The position numbers and the translations under genes are program-made. A DNA stretch of 64,000 nucleotides, taken from positions 319,964-383,963 of the forward strand of contig CAWHPR010000002.1 in the NCBI GenBank assembly GCA_963831295.1. The letters are read 5' to 3'. Below the pieces are notes generated by a model that saw only the letters and a list, made by a program, of their open reading frames with translations, had not been told where the DNA came from and made no database searches. Of this stretch, positions 40,264-48,557 are shown piece after piece. Within the stretch, counting starts at the first letter, position 1, and every line of letters begins with the position of its first letter. This stretch comes from an uncultured Thermoleophilia bacterium. Its GTDB lineage: Bacteria > Actinomycetota > Thermoleophilia > UBA2241.

Positions 40264-41642
40264 GAGGCCGGCACCTCGAGGCCCATGCCGGCCAGCTCGC
40301 TGCGGACCTCCGCGATCGTGCGCAGGTACTCCTCGTTCACGATCCGCTTCGTCTTCATGTCGTACACCTGCTGGAACGTGAGGCCCTTGTCCGGGTCCTT
40401 CAGCTTGTCGCCGAACAGCGGGAACAGTCTCTGGGCCAGAGGCTCCGCCTCGGCGCGGGTGAGCTTCGCGGTCGCGAGACCGATCTCCGCGTGGAACTTG
40501 TGGTCGTCGGGCACGAGCGAGTCGGGCTGCACGGCCATGGACGGGTGACCGGAGAAGACATTGCCCCCGGAGGTCACGACGGCCAGCATGTAGCAGGCCA
40601 TCTCGTAGTGGTACTGCTTCGTGCCCGAGCCGCCGCCCAGGTACGGCAGGTTCACCATGGGGTAGCCCATGTTGCGACCGATCGCGGCGTTGGACATCGC
40701 GATCGCCCAGATGAGGGGCTTCGTCGAGCTCAGGTGCAGTTTGCTGTGCAACGGCGCGTTGTAGTGGTAGCTGCCGCGGAAGATGAGGTTGCCCATGATC
40801 ATGTAGGCGGTCGCCTGCACGGCGATGCCCTCCGCCCCGCCGGCGTAGCCGCCGAAGAGGGGCGTGGACGTGGAGCCGATGTTGGCGCTGAGGCTGTTGT
40901 AGAAGGCCACCTTCTGCAGCGCCTCGTAGCCGACCACCATCTCGGAGAGAAAGTCGATCAGGAAGCCGTCGCTCGGACGCAGGCCGAAGTCGGGATGACT
41001 GGCGGCGAACATCGAGGCCGGCTGCGAGGCGGCTGAGATGCCGTTGATGATCGGCAGGCCGGCACGCCCCGAACGACGGATGCCCTCGCGCGCCAGCCGC
41101 ACCGTCTTGCAGGCAGCAAGGACCTCCTGCGGCGAGCGCACGCGCGCGTCCTTGCCGCGCAGATGCAGGATGGACGGCACGCTCACGGAGTCGACGATGC
41201 TGTACGAGGCCATCATCTCGACGGTGTCGAGGTAGACCTGCTCATCGGTCGTGTAGATGCCGCCGCCGACGTGCACCCACGGACGGTCGTCCGTGGTGTC
41301 GGGGCGGCGGCCGTACATCGCCTTGCGCTCGCGGCCCTCGCCGAAGACCGCGCTGGTCGGACACTGACCGCAGGCAGTGAGGACCTCGTCGTGGGTGAAC
41401 TCCATCACACGGTTGGTCTCGGGACAGTAGGCCCCAGCCTCGGCGATCAGGTCGACGGCGGCCCGGAAGACGCGGTCAGTGAGGTCGTCGTCAGTATTGA
41501 TGATGGTCTGCTTGTCCCACTTGACGCCGTGGCGCGCCAGCAGCTCGCTGAGCTTCGGCACGTAGCGCTTCATGTAGTAGTCGGTCTCGGAGATGAGCGG
41601 GCCGGACTCGGCGCGCTCGAACACCTCTGTCAAGTCGATCAT
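40260..41642 (-). CDS. mtmB: MtmB-family (monomethylamine) corrinoid methyltransferase, pyrrolysine-free
   Basis: ERAESGP, YCPETNRVMEF, RSGRAGLP, STPLFGGYAGGAEG, GSGT. No in-frame TAG. Confidence 0.82.
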   Translation of the reverse strand: MIDLTEVFERAESGPLISETDYYMKRYVPKLSELLARHGVKWDKQTIINTDDDLTDRVFRAAVDLIAEAGAYCPETNRVMEFTHDEVLTACGQCPTSAVFGEGRERKAMYGRRPDTTDDRPWVHVGGGIYTTDEQVYLDTVEMMASYSIVDSVSVPSILHLRGKDARVRSPQEVLAACKTVRLAREGIRRSGRAGLPIINGISAASQPASMFAASHPDFGLRPSDGFLIDFLSEMVVGYEALQKVAFYNSLSANIGSTSTPLFGGYAGGAEGIAVQATAYMIMGNLIFRGSYHYNAPLHSKLHLSSTKPLIWAIAMSNAAIGRNMGYPMVNLPYLGGGSGTKQYHYEMACYMLAVVTSGGNVFSGHPSMAVQPDSLVPDDHKFHAEIGLATAKLTRAEAEPLAQRLFPLFGDKLKDPDKGLTFQQVYDMKTKRIVNEEYLRTIAEVRSELAGMGLEVPAS

Positions 41643-41677
41643 GTCGTGCTCCCTGAAAGTCGGGGTCGCCTGGACGG

Positions 41678-42325
41678 TCAAGACACCAGCTGTGCGGACA
41701 CGCTCACGGCCTCGTACGCCGAGCCGGCCCAGCCGTCGGCGCCGATGGAGTCGGCCCACTCCTTCGTCGTGGCGCCTCCGCCGACGAGCACCTTGTACTT
41801 GTCGCGCGTGCCCTGGTCGCGCAGCGCTTCGATCACGTCCCGCTGTCCGACCAGCGTCGTCGTGAGGAGCGCGGACATCGCGATGATGTCGGCGTCGACC
41901 TCCTTGGCCTTGTCGACGAACTGGAAGAGGTCGACATCGATGCCGAGGTCCCAGACCTCGAACCCCGAGGTCTCGTAGAGGAGCCTGAGGATGTTCTTCC
42001 CGATCGAGTGAAGGTCGCCCTTGACGGTGCCGAGGACGACCTTGCCCTTCTTCGGGCCCGCGCCGCCGCTCTCCTTGATCTTCGGCTCGAGCACGCTCAT
42101 GGCGGCCTGGAAGGCGAGCGCCGCCTGCATCAGCTCGGGCAGGAAGATCTCCTCGCTCTCGAACTGCTCGCCGATGACATTGAGGCCCGGCAGGAGCCCC
42201 TCGTCGATGATCGCTTTGGCGTCGACGCCTGCGGCGAGGGCCTCGTCGACGGCGCCGAGCACGCCGCCTTCGTCCTGGTCGATCACCGCCTGCTTGAGCT
42301 GCCCGAAGATCTCTGCGTCCGTCAT
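41678..42325 (-). CDS. Methyltransferase cognate corrinoid protein (MtbC/MtmC-type B12-binding)
   Basis: IFLPELM, LGTVKGDLHSIGK (DxHxxG), SALLTTT, VGGG. Confidence 0.95.
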   Translation of the reverse strand: MTDAEIFGQLKQAVIDQDEGGVLGAVDEALAAGVDAKAIIDEGLLPGLNVIGEQFESEEIFLPELMQAALAFQAAMSVLEPKIKESGGAGPKKGKVVLGTVKGDLHSIGKNILRLLYETSGFEVWDLGIDVDLFQFVDKAKEVDADIIAMSALLTTTLVGQRDVIEALRDQGTRDKYKVLVGGGATTKEWADSIGADGWAGSAYEAVSVSAQLVS

Positions 42326-42403
42326 TGGATGCTCCCTTGATCCGTGTGATCCCGCTTCACGACCGCACCCGGTCGTGTCTTTCACCGCCGACCCTGTCCG
42401 CCG

Positions 42404-43858
42404 CTACGCTTCGGCGACCTCCAGGGGCGCAGCGTCGCCGGCGACGAGCCCGGGGAACCGGTCGCGGATGCGCCGGTCGAGCTCAACGTCCCAGACTGCC
42501 GGGTTCGACTGCGAGAGGAGACGCCGCGCCTCAGTGAGGGCGCGCTCGTGGATGTCGGGGCGCCCGGCGTCCTCCCATTGGGCGCGCATATCGCGGGCGG
42601 CCAGCCTCGGCAACACGGCCGTCGTCTTCATGCGCGCCCTCGTGTGCCCGCGGCTCATGTAGCCGCCGCCCGGCCCGACCGCGACGATCTCGTCGATCGC
42701 CAGGTTCTCCTCGCTGAACTCGAGCCCGCGCCACGCGCGCTTGTCCATCAGCGCGATCTCGTTGTCGATCACGCACTTCGCGAAGTCGAACGCCATGAGC
42801 GAGCTCAGGAGCCCGCCCATGTTGAGAAGGGTCGCCCCCGCCGACACGGCCAGCAGCGTGTTCATGCCGGTCTCGAAGCCCGACTGCGCGTCGTTCGCGT
42901 GGGCGTTCGTGAGGCCGACGTAGCCGCCCGACGGCACGCCGTAGAAGCGGGCCAGCTGCGCCTGGGCCGCGATGAGGATGCCCGTCTCGACGGCTCCTGG
43001 CGCGTAGGCCCCCGTCCGCATGTCGGCGACGGTCGGCAGACTCGCGTAGATCACGGGCGTGCCCTCGCGGACCATCTGCTGGAAGGCGGTGATCGCGAGA
43101 TACTCGGCGTTGCCGACGACCAGGCAGCCCATCAGCGTCATGGGCGCGGTGAGGCCCGCGTTCGGCACGACCGTGGTGTAGACCGGCAGCCCCTGCCCGG
43201 TGAGCCACATGACGGCCTCCGTCGATTCGACGTCCATCGTCAACGGGCTCACCATCGGACAGTAGTGGTGAGTGATCAACGGCCGCTCCCGGTAGGCGTC
43301 CGGGCCACCGGCGATGAGCTCACCCAGCTCGACGACCTGGCGCAGGTCGTCCATGCTCGGCGTGTTGCTGCGCACGGGCTTCAAACAGTTCTTGAGCGCC
43401 GGGTAGAACCGGCTCAGGCTGAGTTGTCCTTCCGGCGCGTCGTCGGCGAGCGTCGAGATACTGAAGACGTCGAAACCGGGGAGCTCGTTGATCATGTAGG
43501 CGATGGCGGCGATGTCGCCGGAGGTGGCGCGCCGCTCGACCCCCGTCACGGGATCGACGACGTTGGGTGCCGAGGAGCCGGTCACCACGACGGGGCCGTC
43601 GTCGGGGATCGTGCGATCGAAGCGCGGGTCGCGCCCGCGGAAGGTGAAGCTCGCCGGCGCCATCGCGCGATAACGTTCGACCACGTCGGCCGGCAGCCGC
43701 ACGAGCCCGGTCTCCCGCTCGACACGGCAGCCGTGCCTGGCGAAGATCTCGCGCGCCTCAGTGCTGTGCACGAGGATGCCGGCCCTTTCGAGGACCTCGA
43801 GCGACGCCTCGTGCGTCCGGCCCACCTGGGCCTTGGTGAGCAGCTCCGCGAATCTCAT
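42404..43858 (-). CDS. mttB: MttB-family quaternary-amine/methylamine corrinoid methyltransferase, pyrrolysine-free
   Basis: HEASLEVLERAGI, CPMVSPL, AGLTAPMTLMG, GLTNAH, GGLLSSLMAFDFAK, GPGGGY. No in-frame TAG. Confidence 0.9.
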   Translation of the reverse strand: MRFAELLTKAQVGRTHEASLEVLERAGILVHSTEAREIFARHGCRVERETGLVRLPADVVERYRAMAPASFTFRGRDPRFDRTIPDDGPVVVTGSSAPNVVDPVTGVERRATSGDIAAIAYMINELPGFDVFSISTLADDAPEGQLSLSRFYPALKNCLKPVRSNTPSMDDLRQVVELGELIAGGPDAYRERPLITHHYCPMVSPLTMDVESTEAVMWLTGQGLPVYTTVVPNAGLTAPMTLMGCLVVGNAEYLAITAFQQMVREGTPVIYASLPTVADMRTGAYAPGAVETGILIAAQAQLARFYGVPSGGYVGLTNAHANDAQSGFETGMNTLLAVSAGATLLNMGGLLSSLMAFDFAKCVIDNEIALMDKRAWRGLEFSEENLAIDEIVAVGPGGGYMSRGHTRARMKTTAVLPRLAARDMRAQWEDAGRPDIHERALTEARRLLSQSNPAVWDVELDRRIRDRFPGLVAGDAAPLEVAEA

Positions 43859-43862
43859 TGCG

Positions 43863-45071
43863 TCACGCTCCCTCTCCCCCGCGACCTCGAGCGGCGCGGG
43901 TGACGGCTGTGGCGATGGCGGCAAGCTCGGCGAAGTGGTCCTCGATGAACTCCACGAAGGCCACGTTGTGCTCGAGGAAGAAGAGAAACTCGTCGTCGTT
44001 CGGCGTGCGTTCCTTGTAGTAGGCGACGATGTCCCAGTTCACGACGTAGAGGGCCGCGATGGCGACCATGCGCGGCAGCGCCGCCAGTTCGTCCTCGCCC
44101 ATCGGCCCGGGATCGGCGAAGCGCGTCGTCTCGTCCTGGTAGGCGTCGAGGAAGAGCTCGACCTTGTCGAGGCGCATCTCGCCGTCGTCGCGGCCCTCCC
44201 ACGAGCTGCAGAAGTACACGAGGCCGATGGCAACGTCGAAGAGACGGTAGTCGAGCTTGGCCCAGTCGAAGTCGAAGAGGCCCACGGCCTTCTCGTCGCG
44301 CCACTTGAGGTTGCCGGGATGGTAGTCGCAGAAGACCGGGCAGCGAGGCAGCCCCTCGAGCGCGGGAACGAGGGCCAGACCGCGCTCGATCGCCTCCAGG
44401 ATGCCGGGCAGCTTGGCAAGGAAGCACGCGTCGTACCTGGTACCGGTCGTCTGCGCCGCCAGCCCGCGGAAGGTGTCGGGCAGCGTCGCCAGGAAGTCCA
44501 TGATGGGCGGCTGCTCGCGCACGAGGTCGCCGGGGTCGAAGTCGTGCGCCGCCTGGTGGAACCGGGCGAGGACGCGGGCGCCGTCCGCGAAGGCGGCGTC
44601 GCTGCAGCGGTTCTTGACCCAGCTGTACGTGTCCTCGCCGTCGAGCATCTCGTACACGGCGAAGTAGCGGATGACCCGCTCCCCGTCGCGCAGCTCCTCG
44701 CGGGTCACGACGGTGTCGCCGTGCCGGGTGCCGAGGACTTGCGCCGCGAGATCGAAGCCCTTGCCCCTGATGTGGCGCACGAGCGCGTGCTCGTAGCGGA
44801 TCTCGCGCTCGACGGTCCCGTACTTGTACTTGCGCGCGAAGTAGCGCCGCTCGCCGGCGTCTCCGCGCGCACAGACCGCGAAGCTCAGGTTCTCGGTCCC
44901 GCCGAGGATCTGTTCGACGCGGTCGACCTCGCCGAGGTCGTAGTCGCTCGTCACCACCTCGGTGAGCTGGGCGCTGAGGAACTCGACCCGCAGCGCCTCA
45001 TGGAGGGTGGCGACGTCGGTCGCCAATCGCTGGGCCGTGTCGAAGAGCCGGTTGGCCTGCTCTAGGTCCAC
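43863..45071 (-). CDS. APH/type II homoserine kinase-like phosphotransferase
   Basis: LGGTENLSF, LARFH, CDYHPGNL, GLFDFDW, LFDVA. The start could also be ATG 45092. Confidence 0.82.
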   Translation of the reverse strand: MDLEQANRLFDTAQRLATDVATLHEALRVEFLSAQLTEVVTSDYDLGEVDRVEQILGGTENLSFAVCARGDAGERRYFARKYKYGTVEREIRYEHALVRHIRGKGFDLAAQVLGTRHGDTVVTREELRDGERVIRYFAVYEMLDGEDTYSWVKNRCSDAAFADGARVLARFHQAAHDFDPGDLVREQPPIMDFLATLPDTFRGLAAQTTGTRYDACFLAKLPGILEAIERGLALVPALEGLPRCPVFCDYHPGNLKWRDEKAVGLFDFDWAKLDYRLFDVAIGLVYFCSSWEGRDDGEMRLDKVELFLDAYQDETTRFADPGPMGEDELAALPRMVAIAALYVVNWDIVAYYKERTPNDDEFLFFLEHNVAFVEFIEDHFAELAAIATAVTRAARGRGGEGA

Positions 45072-45117
45072 GTCGCTCTCTCTCCCTCGCACCCCCGCAG
45101 CACCGCGCTTCGTTCGT

Positions 45118-45912
45118 TCATACCACGATGCAACGGACGCCGAGTGACGTCAGCTCGTCGCGGACGGCCTCGTCGACACCGTCGTCGACCATCACGGCGT
45201 CGACCTGGTCGAACCCGCAGATGACGACGTCGGCGACCACGCCTACTTTGCTGCGGTCGGCGAGCACGACGACCTCGCCGCGTGTCTGGGCCATCATCGC
45301 CCGCTCGATGCTCGCCATGCCGAGAGTCGGAGTCGTCATCCCCTCCTGGAGATCGAAGCCGTCGACCCCGAGGAGCATACGGCTGGCGTGGAAGCGACTG
45401 ATCTGCTCGAGCCCGAGGGGGCCGTCGACCGCGTTCGACCGCGCCCGGTAACGCCCGCCTACGAGGATGAGCTCGAGGCGTCCGCCTTGAGCCTCGGCGA
45501 GCGCCCCGACGTTGTGGGTGACGACGCGAGCCTCGATCGCTGGGTCGACGTGACGCAGGACCTGCGCGGCCGTGGTGCCAGAGCTCAAGAACACGGTCTC
45601 GCCAGGCTGGATGAGCGCGGCTGCGGCCCGCGCGATGCGGCGCTTCTGCTCGGTGTTCGCCGACACGTTGTCGAGGTAGAGCGGCTCTTCGACCATGTGC
45701 CGCCTGAGGACCGCGCCCCCGTGCGTGCGCACGAGCACACCCTCGGCCTCGAGACGCTCGAGGTCGCGGCGGATCGTCATCTCGGAGACGCGAAGGTCAT
45801 CGCTCAACGAGGACACGCGCACCGCGCGTCTCCCCTGGAGCAGCTCGGAGATGCGGGCGCGACGTTCCGCCGGGATCATCTCGTGGGCTTCAGGCACTGC
45901 TGGCGACGACAT
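45118..45912 (-). CDS. DeoR/GlpR-family transcriptional regulator (copy 2)
   Basis: Same motifs as 30637-31452, with an identical 44-residue stretch covering the HTH. Confidence 0.95.
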   Translation of the reverse strand: MSSPAVPEAHEMIPAERRARISELLQGRRAVRVSSLSDDLRVSEMTIRRDLERLEAEGVLVRTHGGAVLRRHMVEEPLYLDNVSANTEQKRRIARAAAALIQPGETVFLSSGTTAAQVLRHVDPAIEARVVTHNVGALAEAQGGRLELILVGGRYRARSNAVDGPLGLEQISRFHASRMLLGVDGFDLQEGMTTPTLGMASIERAMMAQTRGEVVVLADRSKVGVVADVVICGFDQVDAVMVDDGVDEAVRDELTSLGVRCIVV

Positions 45913-45944
45913 GGACCCCCAGTGGCCACGCGCTCGGCGAACCG

Positions 45945-45988
45945 CACAAAGTCGAACACATCATCAGGCACCCGGATTCTCGTGTCAA
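45945..45988 (-). promoter_or_regulatory. Housekeeping-sigma promoter with putative DeoR operator
   Basis: On the minus strand: TTGACA (45988-45983), 17 bp, GATGAT (45965-45960), overlapping ATGTGTTCGACTTTGTG. Confidence 0.65.
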
Positions 45989-46136
45989 GGGGTGCTCGCA
46001 CAGAATCGCACGCGCTCCGAGTCGCCGCCAAAGGCCGTCGCGGACGGCGACCGTCGGAGGTGTCGTGAGGGATGACGCGTGGTCTGTCGCTCGGTCGAGC
46101 GGCTGTGTCAGGGCACGGCGGGTAGCGCCGCGAAGA

Positions 46137-47093
46137 TCAGTCGCGGAACGCCCAGTCGAAGGTCGACGGCCAGAAGGAGTGACCGTAGCCGCGCGCGATG
46201 GCGAGGGCGCTCGCCTTGATCTGAGCCTCACCGTTGTAGATGCTCGCCGACCGGTATGGGTTCCACGAGCCCCGCCAGGTGGTGATCGAGTACTGGTAGA
46301 GACCGTGATAGCCGCCGGGTCCGACGATCGTAGCCGAGCCGCCCGACTCGGCCATCATGAGACGATACATGCCCACGGCGCTGACGCCGTTGGCCGCGGC
46401 CGCCCGCTTGATGATCGGCCACCAGTCGCCTTGGCCGTCGTCGGCGACCGTGGGGGCCGCCGGCCGGGTCTCCGTCGATCGCTCGTCGACGGCGAGCTCC
46501 CTGACACGCGCCTCGGCGTTCTCGAGAAGCTCGCGACGAGCGTCGAACAGGGAGCGCAGCTGCTCGACGTCGGCGGCGCGATCGGCGACCAGCCGTTCGG
46601 CGGTCGCCTCGTTGGCCGCCAGCGCGAGCGAGCGCTCTCGCAGGTCGCGCTCACCCTTCCGCAGCGCCCGCAGATAGTCGAGGTCGCCCGCACCCAGCCG
46701 CTTGAGCAGTTCGAGCTGACTCACGAGGTCGCCGAAATCGGCGACGCCGAACAGCACGTCGACTGGCGTCGGCGTCGCCTGTTTGTAGAGCGAACGGGCG
46801 CGGTCGGCGAGCAGCCCCTGTGCCAGGTCGACCTGCCGACGCGCGTCACGCGCCGCGTGACGGTTCTCGCTGATGGACGCACGGACGACGGCGAGCGACT
46901 CGTTGGCCCGCGCGTAGCGGGCCACGGCCTCGTCGATGAGAGCATCGAGCTCGGCCACCTCGGCGGCCAGCGCTCGTGCCTCCTCCCGCTCGCTCGCGGC
47001 AGTGACGGAGAACGCCGCCGGCACGACCGTGAGGCCGAGGACGGCGAGCAGCGCGATGAGCATGCATCGCACCATGCCGCTGCGGACAGGCAT
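46137..47093 (-). CDS. Secreted PcsB/CwlO-type coiled-coil protein with C-terminal Rpf/lysozyme-like transglycosylase domain
   Basis: Signal peptide, LDVLFGVADFGDLVSQ (PcsB-like), AESGG...GGYHGLYQYSITTW. Confidence 0.75.
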   Translation of the reverse strand: MPVRSGMVRCMLIALLAVLGLTVVPAAFSVTAASEREEARALAAEVAELDALIDEAVARYARANESLAVVRASISENRHAARDARRQVDLAQGLLADRARSLYKQATPTPVDVLFGVADFGDLVSQLELLKRLGAGDLDYLRALRKGERDLRERSLALAANEATAERLVADRAADVEQLRSLFDARRELLENAEARVRELAVDERSTETRPAAPTVADDGQGDWWPIIKRAAAANGVSAVGMYRLMMAESGGSATIVGPGGYHGLYQYSITTWRGSWNPYRSASIYNGEAQIKASALAIARGYGHSFWPSTFDWAFRD

Positions 47094-47254
47094 TGCGTTC
47101 GGCTCGCTCACACCCCTCCTCGCAGGCGACGGCAGGCGCCGCCTCGCACAGACCGTCAAAGTTATCAGAGGCGGCGGCGGCCCACAATACGCACAGCGCC
47201 CCGCCGGCTGCCGCGCGCACCCGCTCCTCCCCGCTCAGGTCGTCGTCCCGAACC

Positions 47255-47297
47255 TTGACAGAGGAATTCAACATCCGTAGATTTCAACGGACGTTGA
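47255..47297 (+). promoter_or_regulatory. Promoter with probable TetR operator
   Basis: TTGACA (47255-47260), 17 bp, TAGATT (47278-47283). Palindrome TCAAC-GGAC-GTTGA at 47284-47297 and a second half-site TCAACATCCGT at 47268. Confidence 0.75.
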
Positions 47298-47350
47298 GTT
47301 CTTGAGCGGCCACGCCGCTCGGCCGTACGCACGCGACCAGGGAGGCCCGC

Positions 47351-48557
47351 ATGTGGGCGATCGTCGTCAAGGAGTTCAGGCAGCTCAGGCGTGACCGCCG
47401 CACGGTCGTCATGCTGTTCGCGCTGCCCTTCCTCTTCCTCGTGGTGTTCGGCTACGCGGCGAGCTTCGATGTCGAGGAGATCCCCACCTTGGTCGTCGGC
47501 GCCTCGGCCGAGCTGGTCGAGTCCAGCCTGCCGGAGCAGTTCGCAGTGGTCGACGTGAGGCCGGGCGACGGGCGCGCGGCCGCCGAGGAGGTCCTGCGTC
47601 GCGGCGAGGCGGTCGTCGCCTTCGTCACGCCGGCGAGCGCCGACGGAGGCCGCCACGGTGCTGATCGACGGCGCGGAGCTCTTCGCCGCCCAGACGGCGC
47701 TGCGCAGGCTCGCCGGAGCGCAGGCCGCCGCCGGCGGCCTGCAGGACACGGCGGGGCTGCCAGCCGGCGCGCAAGAGGTGCTCGCCCTGATCGGCGGCGC
47801 CGAGACGGATATCCTGTTCAACCCAGACCTGCGCACGGCCGTGATCATGGTGCCAGGGCTGTGCGGCATCATCCTCGTCTTCATCGGCACGATCGCGACC
47901 GCGCTCGGCGTGGTGCGCGAGCGCCAGACCGGCACCATGGAGCAGCTCGCCGTCATGCCGTTCCGCCCGCGCGACGTCTTCATCGGCAAGATCGCGCCGT
48001 ACCTCGCGATCGCGGCGATCGACATGGGGGTCATCGTGGCCGTGGGGTTGGTGCTCTTCGACGTGCCCTTCCGTGGCTCGGTGTGGACCTTCGCCCTCGG
48101 CTCCGCGCTCTTCCTCTTCGTCACCCTCGGCCTGGGGGTGTTCATCTCGACCGTGTCGCAGACGCAGGGGCAGGCGATCCAGTTGGCGATCATGACGATG
48201 GTGCCGCAGTTCCTGCTCAGCGGCCTGTTCTTCCCCCTCTACGCGATGCCGTGGGGCGTGCGCTGGATCGGCTACTGTCTGCCACTGACCTGGTTCGTCA
48301 AGATCGCTCGCGGCGTGATGGTGCGCGGCACGCCGATCGACGCACTCTGGCTACCGCTGCTCGTCCTGTTCGTCATGGCCTCGGCGGTCTTCACGTTGTC
48401 GACGCTGCGCTTCAGGCGCGACCTCGCGCCGGCGCGAGCGGCCGGCGGAGGCCGCGGGTCGGCCGGTGGAGTCCACGACCTCCCGAGCGACGACGCGCCA
48501 AAGGCACAGCACGATGTCGGGCCGGTCGGCGCACCAAGGGGCGGAGCGCCGGCATGA
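47351..48557 (+). CDS. ABC-2 exporter permease, apparent +1 frameshift near 47645
   Basis: MWAIVVKEFRQLRRDRRT in frame 1; LIDG...FNPDL...VRERQTGTMEQL...LLSGLFFP...PLTW in the next frame. Confidence 0.85.
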
